This document shows positions 27,424 through 39,700 of a stretch of 64,000 nt of DNA, one piece after another. The DNA is from Octopus sinensis. Lineage: Eukaryota. Positions within the stretch are counted from its first letter, which is position 1. Each line of letters opens with the position of its first letter. The notes under the pieces are model-generated. The model was not told the DNA's origin and searched no databases. It was given only the letters and a program-made list of their open reading frames with translations. Both the position numbers and the translations under genes were made by a program. The stretch covers positions 9,982,001-10,046,000 of the forward strand of contig NC_043015.1 in the NCBI RefSeq assembly GCF_006345805.1. The letters are read 5' to 3'.

Positions 27424-29200
27424 GATTTTACAACCTTCATTGATTAAATAACACGAGGTTTTTTTCTCAAACAGCAGATGTGCTTTCCTGTTGTAAGTTG
27501 GTTAAAAGTTAATATTTGTGATTCTCGTATTAATTTGTTGCAATATATTTTTACGCTGTCATTTTCAAATCTCTTTACTCAAAAATGCATTTGTTTCAGA
27601 CAGACAAATTTCCAAAGGCATATGTCTGATTTTATTTGTCTGAAATGAACATAATAACGTAAATTAGTGTGTGAGTCTGATTAGTCTAGATTGTTCTAAA
27701 AGAAAAAAAATCACTAATAGTGGTTTCTTCCAACGAAATGGGACTCTGGTATAGAGATTAACATCGCTGTACATGAAGAGGTTAATATGAACATACTGCA
27801 TGTAGTAACCATTCCTTATATTCAGGACAGAGTAGTGCATGTTGGAAAACCATCAAGCCTCACATTAGGGAGGTGAATTTATTTTGGCAGCTATTTGTGT
27901 GATGCTAGACTAGATTGAGTCTATATTTCTAATGCTCATTCTTGTTTAAAAAGTATGGTCGCTAAGACACGAGTAAGACTACATGAAAATGAGATGTGGA
28001 TAATGGCCTGTGTTATATATTGATTTTCAATGTGTTACCTAATTAGTCATAAAATGCCATAGTTCCACTAAACAGATAATTGAAGTATATTATTTTATCT
28101 ACCGTTTTACTAATTGTAGCTGTGAATATTCCATTCGAAAGAACTTCATACAATTTTTGATATTATTCCATTTGAATTTAGTTGCGGCTCTGTTGAAAAA
28201 TGTTTTCTGAGAAACGATAAATAAATCTTCTAGTAATGCCATTTAATATCTTCCTAGAATAAAAGGTGTTTCAGCATATAAATATATACTGATGTACCTA
28301 TGGGGTTTCTATGCAGGTCACATCTGCGTGTCTTTAAATCAAATATAATGTTAAAATGTTCTTACATTGTTGGTGAGCAGTAGTTTCTAATGATACGTAG
28401 GAAGACTGCTATTATGATCTATATTTTGTACGTAACATTAATGTAATATTCTCGAGGCTGCCACACCATTGTCTGTGCACTGATCTGCAGTGTAGAGCTC
28501 TGATCACGCCCAATAGTCTCACCAACATCAATCTGATAATATCTACAGGGTAAGCGCAAAAGAAATATCCAATGTGGGTGTCCATGAGTGAGACACATTT
28601 CCTTAGGCCATATAGGAATGCCCATACAAAAATTATTTATTTACGCTTCTGACTATTAGTGGCACCAAATTCTGTGTTGCTGGCATTGCACGCTTTAGAA
28701 TGTCCTGCCAAATATATTAAATACATCTAATGATTTATGTATCGTTCAGTCATTTAATTCACAGCTTATTACTATATGTCACATTTGTCATATCTGAGAG
28801 TTCTTTATTTGCATTTCGTTAGAGTTTCACACAATAAAATAAGGAAATGTTATTTTTAACTAGAAGTTTGAATTGTTGTTTAACCGACAAAATACACATA
28901 TCTGTTCATTCTTTTTAATAAGGCTGACCCCAAATATTCAACAAAAAGCTGCTTCCTGAATTCAGTTATTTTGCGCACACTTTTCCTTTATTCTTTGTAA
29001 CAGCTTCTGCTAGAGTGTCATTAACATTATTGGAATTTACAGTGTCAATGGAATTTTGAAAATGAAAATAAAGGAGAGTAACAGTTGGTAGCCTCTAAGG
29101 CACAAAACGCTCTGCATGAGGTAAACGTCAAAACAGTTAACGGGCAACGTTACACCTGAAAAATATCATCATGTAGAGGCTGCAAACGTTCTCCTCAGAA
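27424..29200 (+). ncRNA. Candidate spliced non-coding transcript (exon-like 27424-27492, 27826-27872, 28317-28372, 28491-28549, 29004-29200)
   Basis: Each segment has a YAG acceptor and a GTAAGT/GTGAAT/GTGAGC/GTAAGC donor; the last segment has stops in all three frames; the region lacks recognisable TEs. Confidence 0.3.
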
Positions 29201-29551
29201 GTAAGTATTCAAATCTCTAGCTTTGTTTATATTTAGTTCTCTGTCAACTAGGTCAATAGAAATAACCTTTCCTAGAATAGTAATTAAACACGCGGCACGC
29301 AACGTGATTTGTGCTTGTTCATTTAATAACGCGCATGCACGCATACACATGACTTATACATATACTTCACTTCATCATTTTCAGAATCAATGTTTCCTAT
29401 GGTGTTCTCTCTCTCTCTCTATCACACACTCTCTCTCTCTGTATCTATGTATACACACACACACATATATGTATACATATATATACACATACATATATAT
29501 AAATGCATATATATATACTTATATATATATATATATGTATATATATATAAG

Positions 29552-29615
<64 letters not shown>

Positions 29616-29685
29616 CGTGTGTGTATATATTTATATATGCGTGTGTAGGTATTTATGCATGTATATATATGTATATATACGCAAA

Positions 29686-29724
<39 letters not shown>

Positions 29725-29734
29725 GGTATGCATG

Positions 29735-29792
<58 letters not shown>

Positions 29793-29814
29793 GATTTCTG
29801 TATCTCATTTGTCA

Positions 29815-29975
29815 CCTTGTCATCCCTTGACAACCGATGTTGCTGCGATTACGTCCCGTGAACTAATGGTTCGGAAAAAGGGACCGATAGAATTAGTACT
29901 AGGATTAGAAAGAACTGGTCCTGGTTTAGTTCTGTTTGGCCGCAGTCAAATGACTGAAAAAGAAAAGAATACAAG
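29815..29975 (+). mobile_element. SINE family A, 3' half
   Basis: CTTGACAACCGATG..ACCGATAGAATTAGTACTAGG..GGCCGCAGTCAAATGACTGAAA. Confidence 0.75.
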
Positions 29976-30019
29976 AATATATATGTACATATCTATCTAT
30001 CTATCCAACTATCTTTCTT

Positions 30020-30092
<73 letters not shown>

Positions 30093-30102
30093 ATACATAT
30101 AC

Positions 30103-30164
<62 letters not shown>

Positions 30165-30189
30165 TATATATATCTTTGTATGCATGTAC

Positions 30190-30560
30190 AATATAAACCG
30201 GTGTAAGCACGTAAATGTGAAACAAGATGGAAAAAAAGAGTACTCAATAACAGAGGTCGAGTAATATACTTTATTTAAAAACAGCAGAGACTCAGAGTTT
30301 CACGTTCCCTCCAGGTCGTCGGACAGTTTTGTTAGAATGGAACAGAAATCAAAACTAGTTAAAGGATACATCATTAAAAATGGATTTGTTTCATTGGTCC
30401 TATCAATTAACGGTCTTAAGCATGCAATGAACAAAATAAATGAATTCAATAAAAATTCATCCTATTACAATATCGAAGAAAACCTTAAATCGAAGTGTAG
30501 ATTAGAAATACATATTGTAAGTAATTATATAAGAAATATAAGTCAATTAATACATTAACA
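30190..30560 (-). mobile_element. Probable Penelope-like pLTR remnant with a variant hammerhead-like motif
   Basis: Minus strand CTGT-CCGACGA-..GGAACGT-GAAACTCTGAGTC, followed by AATAAA and a pyrimidine-rich tail. Confidence 0.4.
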
Positions 30561-31084
30561 TTAAAATTAAAATTTCCAAGCTGCATTTCATAAATATTTT
30601 ACACAGTATATACCTATACTAAACCAACTATAATATACACATATACGACACAATACAAACATGCATGCACGTAGTTACATACATATACATACATATATAT
30701 GTAAGACAGAAATATACGCCAAAATACACATATACGCATATACATATATGTACACAACACCACATTTGCTACTCCACATTGATAAAAGGCAATATCTCGA
30801 AACTAGTCTGTGGATGCCAGACCGGAAACGGAAGCTGTTCGAAGGTCATAATGGACACAAGTTTGTGTGTCACATAGCTAGCTAGAACTGATGGCCTCTT
30901 GGAGCTAATGAAGGCAACATTCGTCCTATTTCTGTAGACTTCCACGCTAGCTTGACGATAACTATTATATATATATATATATATAATATAATATATATAT
31001 ATATAATTATATATATATATATAATATATATATATATAATATATATATATTATATATATATATATATATAATATATATATATAT

Positions 31085-31821
31085 ATATACACACACACAT
31101 ATATATATAAACATACACATATGTATACATACATATATATGTGTATGATATGTATATATATATATATATATACATTTATGTATATATATGTATGTATATA
31201 TTCATTTGTATAGAGAGAGAAAGAAAGAGAGAGAGCCAGAGTGAAGACCATTGAAAAGGTTGCAAGAAGCAAAGAAAAATTTTAGGAAAAAAAATGAAAT
31301 AATTGGAAATTTTACCGGTGAGTGTGTTACATTCTAAGGAACAGAAGAAAATGACTCTCCCCAGACACAACAGAATATGCTTCACACGAACTCATATAAA
31401 GAATCTTGCAAGCCAAATCTAAAAACGAAATACAAATATATATATATATAATATATATATATATACATATATATACACACACACATATATATATAAACAT
31501 ACACATATGTATACATACATATATATGTGTATGATATGTTATATATATATATATATACATTTATGTATATATATGTATGTATATATTCATTTGTATAGAG
31601 AGAGAAAGAAAGAGAGAGAGCCAGAGTGAAGACCATTGAAAAGGTTGCAAGAAGCAAAGAAAAATTTTAGGAAAAAAAATGAAATAATTGGAAATTTTAC
31701 CGGTGAGTGTGTTACATTCTAAGGAACAGAAAGAAAATGACTCTCCCCAGACACAACAGAATATGCTTCACACGAACTCATATAAAGAATCTTGCAAGCC
31801 AAATCTAAAAACGAAATACAA

Positions 31822-31830
<9 letters not shown>
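31085..31830. repeat. Near-identical tandem duplication, about 380 bp period
   Basis: TTCATTTGTATAGAGAGAG..GAAGACCATTGAAAAGGTTGC..CAAATCTAAAAACGAAATACAAA occurs twice; one A indel seen outside the TA tracts. Confidence 0.9.
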
Positions 31831-31876
<46 letters not shown>

Positions 31877-32119
31877 ACTGTTACACATAGAACAGACAAC
31901 GCTTCAAAACATATCATGTCAGGTTAAATCACCAAAGTATAAATAGTAATTAGTTTCTTTATATTCACAGACAATAAATATGTTTAGCAGATCTCGCTTG
32001 TGACAGTCACTACAATTACCATATATGGAGAATATTAATGAAGCGTTGTCAGTAGGTAAATACAAGTTGAGAAAAACGTTACTATAAAATGAAGGAAATG
32101 CAAGGAAATAAAAAAGAAA

Positions 32120-32535
32120 AGTGACTGTGTTGTAAGTAGCTTGCTAACCAACCACATGGTTCCGGGTTCAGTCCCACTGCGTGGCATCTTGGGCAAGTGT
32201 CTTCTGCTATATCCCTGGGCCTACCAATGCCTTGTGAGTGGATTTGGTAGATGGAAACTGAAAGAAGCCTGTCGGATATATGTATATATATATATGTGTG
32301 TGTGTATGTGTATGTGTTTGGGTGTGTGTTTTCCCCCTAGCATCGCTTGACAACCGATGCTGGTGTGTTTACGTCCCCGTCACTTAGCGGTTTGGAAAAA
32401 GAGACCGATAGAATAAGTACTGGGCTTACAAAGAATAAGTCCCGGGGTCGATTTGGTCGACTAAAGGCGGTGCTCCAGCATGGCCGCAGTCAAATGACTG
32501 AAACAAGTAAAAGAGTAAAAGAGAAAAGAGAGAGT
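32120..32535 (+). mobile_element. SINE family A, near full length
   Basis: tRNA-like head, internal TA/TG repeat, tail ACTGAAACAAGTAAAAGAGTAAAAGAG. Confidence 0.88.
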
Positions 32536-33627
32536 TAAAAGAAAGGAAGCATAATTGTTTCATAAATATCTTCTCTCCGAATTTTGACTGGCCATGATGA
32601 TAAAAAAGTTTATATGACAGGAATGAATAGCCAAATATATATATGAAAATGATGGAAAAAAAGGAGGAGAGTAACGAACACAAAAAGGAGGATTTAAACA
32701 TGGAGATGCAGGTCTAGGTTTGTTAAATTCAATACATATGCTGCACTTAGGTGCGTAGAAAAGCAGTATAAACTGTTGTGTTTCTACGCAAGACTGATTG
32801 AAAAAGAATAGGTATATCATTCGAGGACCACCCATAATGTCACTAATATACACACACATAATACTCATTCGAATATCTTGATACATTCACACGCATTCCT
32901 TTGCATACACAAGTACACACACACATGATATGTAAGGAAGCATTATAGAAGTTTTAAATACTTAATTCGTAAGAGAAGTGTACATATTCGCATTGTTTAC
33001 GAGTGTGCTGTTCGAGTGTGTAAATTGTGTTATTGAATATTATTTGGGGCATATCTAGAGAGTTTTATAGTAAGCGACTGTGCCATTTTTATGCGTATGT
33101 AAAGGTAGTATTTATGAACATGTCTTATGCACATGTTCTCTGTCCAATTCCTGTGTATATACAGATATATGATATATTGAGGTGTAGAGAAAATATGAAG
33201 TATAATAATGTGTTGTACCGTTTCATGAGGTATAGGCAAAACAGAGGATACAACGGTAAAATTTTTGATGAGAAGCAAGTTTTCTATAGCGTACAGAAAG
33301 GGTGTTGAGAATTAGTGAGTACATGTGTGTGTAGCAGTATGGATTGAATTGTACTGGTGTTCAAGTGGCGATGTTTATTGGTCAAGTGGCTGTAATTTTA
33401 AACTCTCCATATTATCCGCCAACAGCAACAATTCTCAACAATATGGCTCAAAATAAATCTTTATATGTTTAAGTACTGGGTACCTGTTCTCAATATATAT
33501 ATATATTTATAGATCTAGTGTCAGATATCCACATACATATATATACGTGTGTGCGTGTATGTATGTATATATAAATAAAAATGAAGATAAATATAAATGT
33601 ATATATATATACATACATATATATATA

Positions 33628-33847
33628 TTTCTTTACTACCCACAAGGGGCTAAACACAGAGGGGACAAACAAGGACAGACAAACGGATTAAGTCGATTAT
33701 ATCGACCCCAATGCGCAACTGGTACTTAATTTATCGACCCCGAGAGGATGAAAGGCTAAGTCGACCTCGGCGGAATTTGAACCCAGGACGTAGCGGTAGA
33801 CGAAATACGGCTACGCATTTCGCCCGGGGTGCTAACGATTCTACCAG
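33628..33847 (-). mobile_element. SINE family B (Deu/Nin-like)
   Basis: Aligns along its whole length with 19265-19493. Confidence 0.82.
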
Positions 33848-34442
33848 ATATATATATATGTATATAGGCGTATATACTGATATGTGTAGCTAAGTTTCAA
33901 GTAGAAATACTTATACAATAATCGTACTGTTTTACTCGTTAGTACATTTATATATAACAGCACATATATAACAGTTTATTGACTATGAGATTAGAGGTTG
34001 TCGAAGATTAAATTAATATGTATTTATGATGATATATTTCTAGGAAAGTATTTATTTCCCTCAGTTGCTGGTGGGCAAACGGATATCTTATGTAAAAGTT
34101 ATAGGTCTGTCAAAACGTGGCCCTCTGCAAAAATACAATGAATGAGTCCTTCCTGGAACATTAGGCTGGGATGCGAATTGTCGATAATGACCAGGCAATG
34201 AAAATTACAAAATTTACGCACATTATTGTGACGCAGTCACTCATAACAGAAAATGGGTGAAATGAAATCTGGATCACGTATAAGTAACCAAAGACAGAAC
34301 AACGATAACGTGGAACGGATGGAGATGGTTTTAGAATGGAACGATCTAGATTGCAGAGTGTATTGATCGGTGTGATAGTTGTGTCTGAGCTCCCTGATAC
34401 TAAAATATGTGGTTGAGTATAAGTATATGTATATATATATAA

Positions 34443-34867
34443 CTTTACTCTTTACTTTTTTACTTGTTTCAGTCATTTGACTGCGGCCATGCTAGAGCTT
34501 CGCATTTTAGTCGAGCAAATCGACTCCAGGACTTATTCTTTGTAAGCCTAGTACTTATTCTATAGGTCTCTTTTGCCGAACTACTAAGTAACGGGGACGT
34601 ATACACACCAGCATCGGCTGTCAATCGATGTTGGGGGGGGGGGAAAACACAGACGCACAAACGTATACACACAAACACACACACGCACATATATATATAT
34701 ACATATATACGACGGGCTTCTTTCAGTTTCCGTCTACCAAATCCACTCACAAGGCTTTGGTCGGCCCGAGGCTATAGTAGAAGACATTTGCCCAAGATGC
34801 CACGCAGTGGGACTAAACCCGGGACCATGTGGTTAGTAAGGAAGCTACTAACCACACAGCCACTCTT
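34443..34867 (-). mobile_element. SINE family A, full length
   Basis: Reverse complement of the family A copy at 32120-32535. Confidence 0.88.
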
Positions 34868-35048
34868 ATATATATAAAAGCTAAAATTACAGTCTTATAG
34901 ATCAAATCTGATTTGCTTTTAGGTCCGTTCAGATTTTATGATATATGTATTAAAATCTATATTTAAATTAACACTGACATCTGAATATCAGGATAAGAAT
35001 ATAGAAGACATCGATTCTTCAATTAATTGTTCATTGAATCTTCAAATA

Positions 35049-35497
35049 TTGGGTTTTCCGGAAAGTTAGTGACGATTTATAGTAGCTTTTCGAATTATTT
35101 TAGAAAATGTTTGAGTTCATAAAATAGGATTTGACTACACCTCCATTTAGAACACCGTGGAAGAAGGTTTATGTTCCTAGAAACCGTGTTAATTGCTGCA
35201 GCTCGGCTGGGATGTGTTACTCCACCCTCTATATTCACCAGATATTTCCACATATTCAGGTCTCTGCAGAATAGTCTTAATGGTAAAAATGTCAATTCTT
35301 TTGATGACGTAAAAATATACCTTGATGAATTCTTTGCCAATAAACCACCTCAACTGTGAGAAGAGGGTATTTTCAAGTTTAAGGAAAGATGGAGACGCAT
35401 TGCGCAACAAAATGGTCCATATGTGGTTGATCATCGCATGTATTTATTGACCTTTTTCTTTCGTTTAAAAATCGACATGAACTTCCGGACAAACCAA
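35049..35497 (+). mobile_element. Internally deleted mariner (MITE-like) with both TIRs and TA TSD
   Basis: TA|TTGGGTTTTCCGGAAAGTT..CGATTT and AAATCGACATGAACTTCCGGACAAACCAA|TA; internal LGWDVLLHPLYSPDI..FRSLQNSLNGK..ERWRRIAQQNGPY. Confidence 0.85.
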
Positions 35498-36656
35498 TAT
35501 TGTATTTGTACGAGGCTCTAGACCGTTAAGCATGGAGTGAGAAGCATTCTTGGGTTTGCAAACGGAAAGAATTTCTCTAGACTACCTAAAACATGCAGCA
35601 GGGATTTCATTTCATTATACGACTGAATCGCGTATTTAAAATCAGTTGTCCTAGTTGTGTATTATAATGACGAAAGTATTTACTGTTACAAGTTCAAGAA
35701 TAGTTATTTAAAATCAGTTTGAATAAAGTAGTGTTATTGTCTGGTGTCACCTCAACTATATATTTGATTAATGATTCAGATGAAACGTAATTCATATAAA
35801 AGACAATGGAGTTGTACATCATATTTTCTGTTTCAGTGTTTTCAAAAGTATAATTATTATACGATTAAATAACATTGATAATAAATTAAATATAATTAAT
35901 TGAATTATTTTCATGCTCTCTCTGTCTGCATTTTTCACGTACATTGTATGTTAAATGAGTCGAAATGACTTAACAATTACTATAGAATTCGAAACTTTAA
36001 AACTATAAGAAATATCTTCAACTATTCATTTTACTTTGTTTTTACGATATTTTGTTTAAGTTTGATGCCTATGTTAACTTATGCGTTATGAAAGTAAGTT
36101 GTATGTAATAAAACTTTGGTTTATGACAATTTTGACAAATACTATTCAAAGAGTGAATATTAATTTTTGATGGAATTGTTAAACTTGACATAAATGCGAT
36201 TTTCTAAATATGTCTCAATCAAAACTTAGCTGTCTTCAAACTTCACGAGGATTAATAATTAAATCATAGTTTTTCCTATAAAAAGTTATTACTTTAGAAA
36301 ATAAATATGTGTATTGTTTGTTAAAATATTTGACATATGAAATTCGGAAGTTTTATATTAGTTCATGTTCCTGTAAACAAATATAATAAACCCAAATGTA
36401 TTCAAACGTGAGGCAGTAAATTTCTTTACCTCAAGTCATTCACTTACATAGAACTGATCTTAGCTGTAGGTATTGTTATTATTAATGAATAAATTCAACT
36501 CAACTCAAAAATATCATAATGAGTGTAATAATAATAATTATTATAATTATAACAAGAACAGCTACATCAACAACAACAACAATAATAATAATGATAATAA
36601 TAATGATGATGATGATAATAATAATAATAATAATGAGAATAATAATAATAATAATA

Positions 36657-36707
<51 letters not shown>

Positions 36708-39700
36708 GGCGGCTGGACGTGACAGAGGATGGACCTATTTTTACGATGCTCTGAACTGGCAACAGCGAACCCAACAGGTCAACTGTAGAAAACTGGAAGA
36801 TCTACTGTTTTCTGTAAGTAATTTGAATTACCCTCAAAATAAGTAAAAAAAAAAAACTTACATATCTACAGCTCATACAAACGTACACCTAACAAGAAAA
36901 ATTAGAAACATAAATATCTCCAATTCTGTGTGAACATTTACATTTAGTCGTCTCTCATGACTATAAGAATGTGTAAAATTGCCTTTTAAATTACCTTTTA
37001 TTGTAACAACACAATTAAATGCACGATAAAAAGTTATGGAATTAAGCACCTACTACTATATACATACAACTGAATTCAGAAATTTAAAAATATATACATA
37101 ACATTGAACTCAGAAAGTTATTTAAAAAAAAGAAAAAAAAAATCTTCGACGAAAACATCAGATAATATGTGTGAGTGAATATACATATATATACATATAC
37201 ATATGCATGTGGTGAAGAAGAAAAGAGAACGGGGAAAAAAAAAAAAAAAAAAATAAATAAATAAACGTAAACAGGTTTGACCTTTTACTGACCATTAACG
37301 TCCTTTGTCTCCACCATCTACCGTGGCTATTTATAGACCCGAAGAACATGAATTCTTTAACCACTCATTCTCGAACACAATGGAGTGTTGATGGTGGCTG
37401 TGGCTACACATTGAAGATGATGATGGTGATGGTGATGTTGCTGATGATGGTGATGGTGGTGAAGATGATAGTAATAACAATAATAACTGACAGATCCCGT
37501 CGTTTTCCCTTTCTTTTCGTTTCCTTCTCCGTATTTTATTCTCATTATTTCGAACTAATACAGACACAGTAAGCCTTGAAGAAAGGAAGGAGGAAGGAGG
37601 AAAAAAAAAAAATCCGGAGATAAAACTATCAACAAAAAAATACAGACGAATATAGATCTGCTAGTCTTAAGAAGCGGCGCTATGAGCAATGCTTACATGT
37701 AGTGAACCCTAAACTGACAGATCCATCTCCTAATATAAGAATGGATGCTCGTCATGCTTCAAGGTCAACAAATCAAACAATAAACCGCATTGGTCATTGC
37801 GCGGATTACAAAAGACCACGTACCCGAAAATTGAACCAAATCCTGATTGAAAAATCAGTTACTGGATCAAATCTTCCCAACACACAGGAGCTGGACGAAC
37901 CCCACAACCGGAATATTCCAACAGATGGCCATCCATGCTCATCACCAAATAATCAAAAGAAAAAGAAGGAAAAATGGTCTAGGGAAGATAATAAAGAAGT
38001 TCTCGAGGCCTTCTACCATGCCATATATTTCCCCACAGATAAATCTAGCACTGTACAAGCATACTTAAACTGGAGACAGAAACACCCTGAAGTAAGACCC
38101 TACATAGACAGTAACAAGCTTGCCAATGTTAGAAGAAACATTATAAAAAAGAAATTACTGACTGAAGTAGAGATTGATCAGGTTACACAAGCAATATCGG
38201 ATAAAATGAACGAAGCTGCAGCTAGAGAAGATAATACAGAGGAAATGATTATAGACCAGCCCAGGGCGGATAAAAACGAAGAGAGGATTGAAAGAGTTAG
38301 TATAAGTGATAGGCAAAGTGAAATACGCCCTGAACCAATCATAAACACTAAGACAGATGAGCATCAAATAGATAAAGAAAGTCACACAAATATTGACCCA
38401 ACAGAACTACATGAGCTAAAAAATCAAATCATGATTGAATGGCTGAAAATTAAAGAAACCAGCATGGATGAGCGTGATACACTTCCTAAAATCCGCAACT
38501 CTAACCAAAACATGAAAATAATTGGTAAAATCCGGCTTGCACTTAAGGATATAATTTCAGTTAATGATGTTGATATCACAAACCTCAACCACCTATACTA
38601 TGCATCCGCGAAAATCTCAACGATCCTATGTGGTGTAAAGATTAGAAAACGGCAACAGTCCCACAAAAAGCTTTCTTGGCAAGAGCGTCTGCAACAACAA
38701 ATTAAAGTATTTAGATCTGACATTGAATATTTGGAAAACCTTAAGGCTCACAAGACTACCAAACCTACAAAAACCCCAAAATTACTGAAAAAATACAATA
38801 TGAAAACTATACTTGATATTGATGCCACCATAGAAACCATCAAACAAAAGGTATCTGCCAAAGCTACCCGCATAGCGAGGTATGAAAAGCGTGTTAGATT
38901 TTTCAAGGACAACAACATGTTCAAAAATAACACCAAGAATTTTTACAGGAAGATAGGAAAAACAGCGTTTACTGCAGGGTCTGTACCATCAAAAGAAGAA
39001 GTGCAGAGATTTTGGAATAAAATCTGGGCAGAAGAAAAAACACACAACGAAAAGGCCCCCTGGATTGACAGAATATCCACAGAACTGGACCCCTTAGAAG
39101 AGCAAAAGTGGGAGGGTGTCAAGGTAGAAGATATAAGATCTGCTCTCAGGAGGTCAAGCAAATGGAAGTCTCCAGGAAAGGATAAAATTACTAACTTCTG
39201 GCTGAATGCCTTCCCAGAGAGCCATGAACTGCTAACAGAACTGTACAATGATGTTCTGCAACACCCTAGTAGGATGCCTCCTTGGCTAGTTAATGGGTTA
39301 ACATTCCTGCTTCCAAAAAGTGAAGAAACAAATGAACCAAAAAACTATAGACCCATAACCTGCTTAACAACTATGTACAAAACTCTAACATCTGTCCTGA
39401 CGGAATATATCTATAGTTTTTTAACAGACAGCAGCATATTCCATAATGAACAGAAATGATGTAAACGTGGATCCTACGGCTGTAAAGACCAACTACTCAT
39501 CCATAAGATGATCTTAGAAGATTGTCACAAACGACACAAAAACTTATCAATAGCTTGGATAGACTATAAAAAGGCTTTTGATAGCCTACCACAGCTGGAT
39601 TAGGAAATGCCTTGAAATGTATAAGATGGCACCAACTCTGCGAAACTTCTTGACTGTAAGTATGAGATCATGGAGAACCACACTAACTCTGAACATTGAC

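Noticed and set aside
28660-28710. CATTGCAC, a miR-92/25-like seed, in a hairpin
   Set aside because: The seed starts inside a 7-nt loop, leaving no proper Dicer loop, and the remainder does not resemble miR-92.
30884-30935. CTGATGG-CCT..AGGC-AAC..GTC hammerhead-like string
   Set aside because: Both core segments have deletions and stem III does not pair; too degenerate to call.
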